Positions 37,266 to 45,366 of a stretch of 45,366 nucleotides of DNA are shown here, piece after piece. This DNA comes from a virus (lineage: Duplodnaviria; Caudoviricetes): the IMG/VR virus record IMGVR_UViG_3300029226_000142, positions 1 to 45,366 of that record; one strand, 5' to 3'. The stretch's first letter is position 1; each line of letters starts with the position of its first letter. A model generated the notes under the pieces. That model saw nothing but the letters and a program-made list of their open reading frames with translations. It was not told where the DNA came from and made no database searches. Made by a program: the position numbers and the translations under genes.

Positions 37266-38502
37266 ACCCACCCTCGGCTCCGTTCCGTTCACGGAAGCAA
37301 TCGAGCATTTTAGAGGCAAGCTCAATATCCCGACTGAACATTGGGACTCGATGCTGGGTGAAGTTAACGCCAAAGGCTTTACGGTTGCGGGTGCGACTAA
37401 GGTTGATCTGCTAAAAGATTTTAATAAGCTCATTGATGATGCGCTTACCAACGGCACGACGATTACCGATTTTAGAAAGGGGTTTGATAAAGCAGTTCAG
37501 GATCACGGCTGGACGTATAAGGGTAAACGCGGCTGGCGTACCAGAGTAATTTATGACACGAACATGCGCACGGCCCGAGCGGCTGGGCGCTGGCAACAGT
37601 TTCAGCGTACCAAAGAGACACGGCCCTACATTCAGCGACTGAGTGTGCTTAAGAATACGACGCGACCGCTGCATCGCCAGTGGCATTTGACAACGCTGCC
37701 GATTGATGACCCCTGGTGGAATACACATTATCCGCCGGATGGTTATGGCTGCCTTTGCTGGACGCGGTCGCTTTCGCAGCGGCAGTTAGACCGGGAAGGT
37801 GGTGAGTTGTCTGAGGCTCCGGTTATCAAGCGCACCGAACGGATCAATACCAAATCTGGCGAGGTTTATGGTGATGTGCCAGAGGGTATTGATGTGGGTT
37901 GGGATTACAACGTGGGCAAGGCATGGCTGGGGCCTGACATTGATTTTGGTAGTAAGTTGATGGCACTGCCAGATTCGATGCGTCGCGCTGCGTTGGATAG
38001 TGCTGTTGATCTTTCTCCTCATCTGCAAAAACAGTTTGCTCCGTGGGCCAATAGTCTACTTGATCGTAAACGGCCGCTGGGTGAGATTCGCACGGTTGGA
38101 TATTTAGGCCATCAGACGGTGGATGAGTTGGTGCGCCGGGGCCAGGCTCCGACGACGGCGGTGATTACGGTGAGTGACAAAGACATTATGCATATGGTGC
38201 GTGATGCGAAAGACGGTAAGCATATACCGATGGATATGGTACGGGCGATGCCTGAGATTATTGCTAAGCCGCAGGCGGTGTTGCTGGATAAAAATCAGCC
38301 TGCCATTTTTTATGTGTTCTCTGTTCCGGGAGAGGAGCGCCACGGTAAGTTTGTGGTGAAAATGAACTACAAGACTAAGGCGCGTGCGCTGGATGGGAAT
38401 CGCCATTCGATAAAAATGAACACGGTACGTACTGGCACGCTGGTGCCATTGAGTGCGCTGAAAAACAAAGGGGTGTATGACGTGCTGGAGGGGAAACTGT
38501 GA
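37258..38502 (+). CDS. MuF (Mu gp30) head morphogenesis protein with a ~190-aa C-terminal extension (BECR/PBECR nuclease-like)
   Basis: MuF motifs FTVAG, R..VIYDTN.R.A.AAGRW, RP.H..W.......DDPWW..HYPP.G.GC.C, GID.GWDYNVG. Extension has H..RD.K, P.II..P.AVL.D, N.VRT. Confidence 0.88.
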   Translation: MPEPTLGSVPFTEAIEHFRGKLNIPTEHWDSMLGEVNAKGFTVAGATKVDLLKDFNKLIDDALTNGTTITDFRKGFDKAVQDHGWTYKGKRGWRTRVIYDTNMRTARAAGRWQQFQRTKETRPYIQRLSVLKNTTRPLHRQWHLTTLPIDDPWWNTHYPPDGYGCLCWTRSLSQRQLDREGGELSEAPVIKRTERINTKSGEVYGDVPEGIDVGWDYNVGKAWLGPDIDFGSKLMALPDSMRRAALDSAVDLSPHLQKQFAPWANSLLDRKRPLGEIRTVGYLGHQTVDELVRRGQAPTTAVITVSDKDIMHMVRDAKDGKHIPMDMVRAMPEIIAKPQAVLLDKNQPAIFYVFSVPGEERHGKFVVKMNYKTKARALDGNRHSIKMNTVRTGTLVPLSALKNKGVYDVLEGKL

Positions 38503-38603
38503 CCGCGCTGGAGGGACGCCACCTCCCACATTGGATGTCACTGATGCTAGGTCAGGATCAACCGCTGGCATGGCGATTTTCCAGCGCTCAGCGCGGTACA
38601 GCT
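38497..38603 (-). ncRNA. Candidate structured cloverleaf-like ncRNA with kissing loops, antisense to the MuF 3' end
   Basis: 13-bp closing stem, three internal hairpins, loop-loop complementarity CGCCAU/GUGGCG, dedicated promoter. Confidence 0.6.
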
Positions 38604-38609
38604 AACAAC

Positions 38610-38638
38610 ATTATCGGCCTATTTGGGCTATATCTCAA
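38610..38638 (-). promoter_or_regulatory. Sigma70-like promoter for the antisense RNA
   Basis: TTGAGA (38638-38633), 17 nt, GATAAT (38615-38610); predicted +1 near 38603. Confidence 0.6.
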
Positions 38639-38785
38639 GAAGAAAGAAGCGACCGGCCAGATGCATCAACATCTGACCGACCACCAACCCACGATCGATA
38701 AAATCGTGAGCCAGCCAAGGCTTCCCAACTGTGTACACAGCGTGGTTAGCCTAGCACAAAAAACCAATAAAATTAGAGGCTCATC

Positions 38786-39217
38786 ATGTCAAAACCTATT
38801 ATTCCGTGGATAGGCGGTAAACGCCGCCTGGCTAAACATCTGCTGCCACTGTTCCCTGAACATCAGTGCTATGTGGAGCTATTTTGTGGTGCTGCAGCAC
38901 TGTTTTTTATGAAGGAACCGACCAAAACGGAGGTGCTGAACGATATTAATGGCGAGCGAGATTACACGTTTTTCTATGCCGACCCGCCATATTGGGACAC
39001 TGTGGGATATGGCGTTGATTTTGGCATGGAACAATATGAGGCGCTCGCTGAGGCTGCAAAGTCGATGAAGGGTAAGATGATTATCAGCCTAAATGATCAC
39101 CCTGAAATGCGGCGTGTGTTTAAGGGACTGGATATCAAAAAGGTGGCTATTAACTACACCGTTGCAGGGGGAGGAAAAGCGCAACGCGCTTCGGAATTGA
39201 TTATAAAAAACTGGTAA
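38786..39217 (+). CDS. dam: Dam-family (alpha-class) adenine methyltransferase with an in-frame deletion of the target-recognition domain; mom position
   Basis: PWIGGK, ELFCGAAA (motif I), LNDING joined almost directly to FYADPPY (motif IV); only 143 aa. Confidence 0.8.
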   Translation: MSKPIIPWIGGKRRLAKHLLPLFPEHQCYVELFCGAAALFFMKEPTKTEVLNDINGERDYTFFYADPPYWDTVGYGVDFGMEQYEALAEAAKSMKGKMIISLNDHPEMRRVFKGLDIKKVAINYTVAGGGKAQRASELIIKNW

Positions 39218-39279
39218 ATCCGGTTTGAAAGGCTATTAAATCGAGTTTAATGGTAATTTAATGGTACTTCTTTACCAGC

Positions 39280-39444
39280 ATTCCGGTGGTTTTTTACTGG
39301 TAAAAAGTAACAATTCGGTGGTTTTTGTCGCAAAATGGTTGTAAATCGTGTTTTGTGATAAATTACACTAAGTTGGTGTTTTTAGGGCGATTTTGTGTTC
39401 TTTCCCCCTAGTCCCCTTTGTCGCATTATTAACACCCCCCTACA
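39280..39444. repeat. Right end of the prophage with putative transposase-binding repeats
   Basis: TTTGTCGCA at 39324 and 39417; CGGTGGTTTTT twice; terminal CA at 39443-39444. Confidence 0.6.
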
Positions 39445-39492
39445 GATGGCAAAAACAGATTGTCTCAGTGACTTTGTTGTTCGTCTATATTT

Positions 39493-39526
39493 AAGGCTCC
39501 CCTTTTTATGAAGTGGGGGCTTTTTT
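39493..39526 (+). terminator. Host Rho-independent terminator
   Basis: GCTCCCC...GGGGGC hairpin followed by TTTTTT. Confidence 0.55.
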
Positions 39527-39742
39527 GCAAGTTTAATGGCGACACCTTTTGCGCAAAGCTGGTAGGGCTTCGAATATTTTTTTAGTGAGAGCGGTTTGTG
39601 CTTGATGCTTAAAATGTAAAGAAACTCTTAAAACCGTGTAGGATTTTGTCGGTTTATAGCGGCTATGAAATTTTACACTCGATATCTGGTTTGTGTTTGT
39701 GTATAAGTTGGGGCAATAAAAACAATATACGAGGTCGGGTCG

Positions 39743-42700
39743 ATGATGGATGTTACTAGCGCATTTTGGCACTTTAGCCAGCAGCCTCTCAGAAAGCTTT
39801 TTCTGGTAACGCTAATTCCATTTTTTCTTGTTGCATTTGAAGCTCAAGCCGAGACCCCGTTTTATGGCGCGGTGAGTGGTTCGTTTGCGACCAGCCCTTC
39901 TGGCGCAGCAACCTATACCATTCCTATCGATGTACCACCTGGCATTGCAGGGCTGCAACCGCAGCTGGCTTTGACTTACAACAGTCAGGGTGGTAATGGT
40001 CTGCTCGGTATGGGGTGGGGTCTCGGTGGTCAGTCTGTTATTAATCGTTGTCCGGCAACCATAGTACAAGATGGTTTTAAGGGGGGTATCAACTTTGACA
40101 CGAACGACCGGTTTTGTTTGGATGGTCAACGCTTAATTCCCACCGGTACAGATAACATCGCCCTTTATGGCTCGGGTACAAGCTACAGAACAGAAATAGA
40201 AACGTTCTCAAAAATAATTGGTTATAGCACTCAAGGAACTGGTTATGCCTATTTTGTTGTTTTGACTAAATCCGGCCAGACAATCGAGTATGGCTATACT
40301 TCTGATTCTCGCATTGAAGCTAATGGGTCAAATAACCCGAGCGTTCGCGTATGGGCGATCAATAAAGTGGAGGATACAGTTGGCAATGAACTAAACTTTA
40401 ACTACATTGAAGATTTTTCTAATGGGGAATACAGGATCGATAGTATTTCTTATGCCAATGGTCAGCGGCATGTTGCATTTACTTACGAAGATAGGGCCGA
40501 TGTTTCATCCAGATATGTAGGAGCTGGCCTTGTTAAGGCTACAAAGCGTTTAACCCATATACAAACGTTTGTAGGAACATCAAACATACGCGATTATACG
40601 TTAAATTATGAGCTGAATCTGAGTCCCTCAACAAGCAAGTCTCGCATTGACAATATTGAAGAATGTGGTTTTGATGATATTAATTCTTCTAGGGAATGTA
40701 AGCCTGCAATAGTACTAGACTGGGGGAATGCTTTTGAAGATGGATTCACTAGGACCTTTAGTGCCCTCGGGCTCAGTGATGCTGCTGGGTGGTGGAAAGC
40801 GAAGCACTTCTCGACAATTTCGTATGCAGATTTAAATGGTGATGGCAAGGCCGATCTTTGCGCTCGAGGAAGTGCTGGGGTTCACTGCTGGATCGGCACT
40901 GGGGATGGCTTTGTCAGTGCCTTTAGTGGTCCTGGGCTCAGTGATGCTGATGGATGGGGAGAAGCGAAGTACTATTCAACGATTAGATATTCCGACTTGA
41001 ACGGTGATGGCAAGGCTGATCTTTGCGCTCGAGGTGGTGCTGGGGTTCAGTGTAATAAACAAGTATTTGGCGCTAACGATTTGCTTCAATCACTAACAAA
41101 TGGGAATGGCCATGTAACTTCGATTAATTATTTACCAATAACCGATAACACAATCTATACAAAAGACCAATCACCACCGCAATTTCCTGACGTTGTAAAT
41201 ATACAATCACCAATGTATGTGGTTGCTAGCCATGAAACGGATAATGGTATCGGTGGCAGTTATAAAATGAGTTATACCTATGGCGGTGCGAAGTCTCATC
41301 GTTTAGGTCGTGGTTATCTGGGTTTTCAATGGCAAGAAACAGTCGATGAAGAAACAGGCATCACAACGCGTACAGAGCACCTGCAAGACCCTGGTAATTA
41401 CGAATACATCGGCCGTGTCGATAATAGCGAGGTGCGGTTGAGTGATAATACGCTGCTTCGACGTGTTGATTATAGCTACGACACAATGCTATCTGATGCT
41501 GGAATGCGTTACCCATATCTGGCGCAAAGTATTGAGAGCCAATACGAGACCGATGGAAGCCTCATCTCAACGGTGACTAACTCGACCTCTGGTTATGATC
41601 TATATGGTAATCCACGTTATAGCACCACTAGCACCACTAGCACCACGGATGGCTTAGAAACCTTTACGCGTCAAACTGACAGCACGGTTACTAACGATGT
41701 TATTAATTGGCGTCTCGGTGTGATCACCAGTTCAAAGGTCACCAACACCATTCCGGGTCAACCGCCGCAGTCACGCGAATCTTCTTTTGCTTATGATTCA
41801 CTTAATGGACTGCTGATGAGCGAGACAATCGAGCCTAATAATCCCTCTTTGTGGGTGACAACGGCTTATGAATATGACCTTAATGGCAATAAAACCAAAT
41901 CAACGGTCACGGGTGCAGATCTAGCGCAACCACGCATTACAACGACCAGCTATGATTTGGTTAATAACCAGTTCCCTTATGTGATTACTAACGCGGAAGG
42001 GCATAGTGAAACAAGGTTATATGATGCGGCTACTGGAAAGATTATAAGTCTTACCGGGCCAAACCTGCTGACAACAACCTGGGTTTATGATGCCTTTGGT
42101 CGAGCTTCAAATGAGTTGCGTGCGGATGGAACATCGACCGCGACAGTCTATGGCAGCGGGAGTGATCTGAGTTGTTCCAGCACATCTTTGAATGCTGCTC
42201 ACTTTATTAAGACTACAAAAACAGGTGCGCCATCAACAGTCATTTATTTCGATAAACTCTCGCGAGAGGTGCAGCGCTGTACCACTGGCTTTGATGGGTC
42301 GCTAGTCTATAAAGATACTGAATATAATGCACACGGAAAAGTCACTCGTGTATCACGTAACTATTTTTCGGGCAGTTCAAAAGTATGGACGACCTATGCT
42401 TACGATGAGTTAGGCCGGCCGCTCACTGAAACAACCGATGGAATACTTGGGTCTGCCAGCTATATATATGCTGGAAAGACCACCAGCGTTACTAACCCCT
42501 TGTTACAGACCAGTAGTCGCACTGTTAATGCCATTGGGAAGCTGGTTTTGGTAACAGATGCACTTGGAAACAATGTTCATTATCAATATGACCCCTTTGG
42601 CAACTTGATTCAGGTTACCGATGCACTGGGTAATGAAGTCAAAATGGGCTTCAATATTCGTGGCCATAAAATCTGGATGGATGACCCTGATATGGGGTAC

Positions 42701-45009
42701 TGGGATTACGGTTACAACGTACTGGGTGAGATGAACTGGCAGCGAGATGCCAAACTTCAGACGACCACGATGCAGTATGACAAGCTCGGGCGGATGATAG
42801 GACGTGTCGATGGTGATGGCACTACTACCTGGGCATATGACACGGCATTAAACGGTATCGGCAAGTTGCATGCCGTGACACGCCCGGAAGATGCCTACTC
42901 AAAAACCTATGGCTATGATGGCTATGGACGTGGCTTAGATGTCACTACCGCCATCCTTGCCGTCGACTACACCATGAGTACCGCCTATACCGCAGATGGT
43001 AAGGTGGATACCATTACCTACCCCGTCGGTACCGGCGCGACGCCCTTTGCTGTTCAAAATGTCTATAACGCAAATGGATATCTCGAAAAGGTTCAGAAAT
43101 CTGATGCCAGTATCGCTTACTGGACGGCTAATGTAGTCAATGCCGCCGGGCAGGTTACCTGGGAAACGCTGGGTAACAGTATTGATACGCTTCGAAGCTT
43201 CAATGGTTCGTCTGGCCTTGTTTCTGCGATATCAACAGGAAATATGGGCGGTGTTCAGTCGCTGAGTTATGACTTCGATGCGGGAGGCAACCTCAAGCAA
43301 AGGATCGATGATAATCAGGGGTATAGCGAAAATTTTCTTTATGATGATCTTAATCGCCTGACATCAGCCGAGCTGGTCGAGTTTGCAGTGACAAAAAACT
43401 ATCAGTACAACGCGGTCGGCAATATCATCAATAAGTCTGACGTGAGTGCTAATGACTATGTTTACCCCGCCAGTGGCGTGAATTCAGTGCGCCCACATGC
43501 AGTGACCAGTGCCGGTGGTAATACCTATAGCTATGATGCCAACGGAAATATGGTGTCAGGGGCGGGCAGAACACTTTCATATACCAGTACTAATAAGCCA
43601 TACGACATTCAGGCGGGTGGCACGTACTCGACCTTTGCTTATGCGCCGAATCAAGGGCGTATCGTCCAGACCAACAATGAAGGGACGACGATCTATCTCA
43701 AGCCGGTTGGTAATTCCAATACCCTGTATGAGAAGCAGACCAAGAATAACGTGGTCACGCATAAATATTATGTCTATGGCGGGTCGGGCATGGTGGCAAC
43801 CTATCAAGAGCGTGATAACGCCACTTCTGATACCCGTTATTTTCATAAAGACCATCTTGGTTCGATAGATGCGATTACCGATGAAGTGGGTACCGTTATT
43901 GAACGCCTGAGTTATGACGCATTCGGTAAGCGCCGTGTAACGCCGTGCAATGGAGTAGACCCCACGTGTCTGCTTACCTCCAGCATCACCACGCTTGGTT
44001 TTACTGGTCATGAGCACCTGGCTGCGCTTGGGCTGATTCATATGAATGGCCGAGTCTACGACCCGACGCTTGGGCGATTTATGAGTGCTGACCCGCAGGT
44101 TAAGTATGCTAAGAGCACGCAAGGGTTTAATCGTTACTCATATGTTGATAACAATCCATTGTCGCGAATAGATATGGATGGCTTTGGTTGGTTGAGCAAG
44201 GCGTGGAGGAAGATTAAGAAGGCGGTAGTGATTATTGTGGTGATAGTAGCGGCTGTTTATACGGGGGGGCTGCAATGGCTGCTTTTATGGGGAGTGCTGT
44301 AAGCGCGGCGGGCGGTGCTATGGCGATCACTGGGGCCCAATTCGCGGCTGCTCAACTTGTGGGAAGTGCAATTGCAGGAGCAGTGTCGGGAGCGGTGATT
44401 GGTGCGGCGACTGGTTATGCTGCTACCGGGACATTGCGTGGAGCCTTGGAAGGTGCTCGTGATGGGGCTACTACTGGAGCGTTATCTGGTGCTGTGAGTG
44501 GATATTATGGAAGTAATTGGAGTGGGCAGCGTGTAGCAGCAGAAAGTGTTGCTGGTGGTGTGTCGTCAGAGCTAACTGGTGGTGACTTTAAAGATGGCTT
44601 TAAAAACTCATTCCTTATATCAACATCAAAGTATGCACATTATAATCGTAATTACTTTAATGAGCACCCTAGAAATCTAGAGGCTGCTAATGCAAAAGAA
44701 TATAGCTCAATGGCTGGAATTAAAAAATTAAATCATACGATGGGGCCTGGAGCATCAGACAATATGAAAATGATAAAGGCGAATGGGTGGTTTTCTAGTT
44801 CGGAAGCCATTTTTTCCGCTAATGGAAATCCTGTTTTAAATGTTGTTAACGCCGCATCATTTAATTATGTTTCTCCTGGTGGAATTATTGGTAACGTAGG
44901 TCATTTTATTACTGATATGGTGCCTTATTACGTACTAGGCAACGCCTCTAACGACCCTACAAACCCTCTAGAGAGGCTTACTGGTTGTAGAGTTTATTGC
45001 TCATTGTAG
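39743..45009 (+). CDS. Secreted Rhs/YD-repeat polymorphic toxin-like protein (SpvB-like N-terminus, FG-GAP repeats, Rhs core, C-terminal domain), split by a frameshift at the G7 tract 44263-44269
   Basis: Signal peptide; GAATYTIPI.VPPG..GLQPQLAL.YNSQ.GNGLLG.GW; DLNGDGKADL twice; YD repeats; GFTGHE...GLIHMNGRVYDP.LGRF.S.DP...NRYSYV.NNPL..ID.DG; ORF 44275-45009 continues the protein in another frame. Confidence 0.88.
40769..41052 (+). repeat. Internal tandem duplication (165-bp period) encoding two FG-GAP/VCBS-like repeats
   Basis: GGGCTCAGTGATGCTG at 40769 and 40934; GGTGATGGCAAGGCxGATCTTTGCGCTCGAGG in both copies. Confidence 0.8.
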
Positions 45010-45020
45010 GGCCGCAATTC

Positions 45021-45217
45021 AAGTTTGGGGTCAGTGTGCACGCCGTCATCGGCAACGTGTCTAGCGGGTTAAAGTCCCGTCCGGGGAATTACTCATTCAC
45101 CCCGGTAGTACAGCAGAGCAGTATGCGGGTAATTGCATGCTGTAAGTTCTGCGCTGGCAAAGCTACAGGCCGCAACGCAAGTGAATCTGTGAAGTTTGGA
45201 AGTTTGGGGTCAGTGTG
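45021..45217 (+). repeat. Pair of 18-bp direct repeats AAGTTTGGGGTCAGTGTG (REP-like)
   Basis: Exact copies at 45021-45038 and 45200-45217, upstream of the Y1 transposase. Confidence 0.8.
45034..45195 (+). mobile_element. Group II intron 5' fragment (start of domain I only)
   Basis: Starts with GUGUG (GUGYG consensus); domain-I-like GGCAACGTGTCTAGCGGGTTAAAGTCCCG and CCGGGG...CCCCGG hairpins; no RT or domain V follows. Confidence 0.6.
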
Positions 45218-45291
45218 AAAACTCGAATCCATCCGCAAAGCTACATCAGCTATACTGCAAGAAAACCAATCACCACTGTCAAGGAAGATAG

Positions 45292-45366
45292 ATGGCGCGA
45301 TTACCCAGGATCTGCCTGCCCGGCATTCCGCAACACATTATTCAGCGCGGTAATAATCGGCAGGTC
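45292..45366 (+). CDS. Y1 (IS200-like / REP-associated RAYT) transposase, 5' end only
   Basis: MARLPRICLPGIPQHIIQRGNNRQV; SD AAGGA; TATACT at 45251. Confidence 0.8.
   Translation, partial: MARLPRICLPGIPQHIIQRGNNRQV

Larger units (their letters stand above)
1..39444. mobile_element. Mu-like transposable prophage (myovirus-type tail); left end beyond the window
   Basis: DDE transposase plus MuB ATPase, Gam, GemA, Mor/C, Mu-type terminase, portal, MuF and gp36-gp48 morphogenesis genes. Candidate terminus ...CACCCCCCTACA at 39444. Confidence 0.93.

Noticed and set aside
38497-38603. Canonical tRNA gene
   Set aside because: No TPsiC loop, no D-loop GG in the standard context, no CCA; stem lengths are non-standard
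38499-38813. 104-aa ORF as the MuF immunity protein or Com
   Set aside because: No Cys4 zinc finger, unstructured composition, and it overlaps the RNA structure, its promoter and the dam start. Not fully excluded, since a GTGA overlap exists.
39533-39772. 79-aa minus-strand ORF upstream of Rhs
   Set aside because: No SD or recognisable motif; more likely the Rhs promoter region
41621-41646. 9-bp tandem repeat AGCACCACT, about three copies
   Set aside because: In-frame STT repeat within the Rhs coding sequence; no regulatory evidence
45021-45217. CRISPR array
   Set aside because: Only two 18-bp repeats 179 bp apart, and no cas genes
44997-45218. 73-aa ORF as the Rhs immunity protein
   Set aside because: TTG start, and it coincides with the repeats and intron-like RNA

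Overview
Positions 1 to ~39444 hold most of a Mu-like (transposable, contractile-tailed) prophage; its left end lies outside the window. The layout is unusual. The immunity switch (repressor/ner) and the early transposition operon (MuA, MuB, gam, gemA, Mor/C) sit in the middle. They are flanked by two outward-facing late operons: a leftward one (protease, capsid, neck, tail, baseplate, fibre) and a rightward one (lysis, terminases, portal, MuF, Dam-like). Both late operons start at near-identical, apparently leaderless promoters carrying a palindromic activator site. The most striking unexplained element is a ~105-nt four-stem RNA with a kissing-loop interaction and its own sigma70 promoter, lying antisense to the 3' end of a MuF gene that has a nuclease-like C-terminal extension; this is a candidate RNA antitoxin or tRNA mimic. 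The gene in the mom position is a Dam-family methylase with its target-recognition domain deleted in frame. Right of the prophage end are a large secreted SpvB/FG-GAP/YD-repeat (Rhs/Tc-like) gene frameshifted at a G7 tract, a group II intron 5' fragment between 18-bp direct repeats, and the start of a Y1/RAYT transposase. All family calls come from motif recognition and synteny, not database searches.
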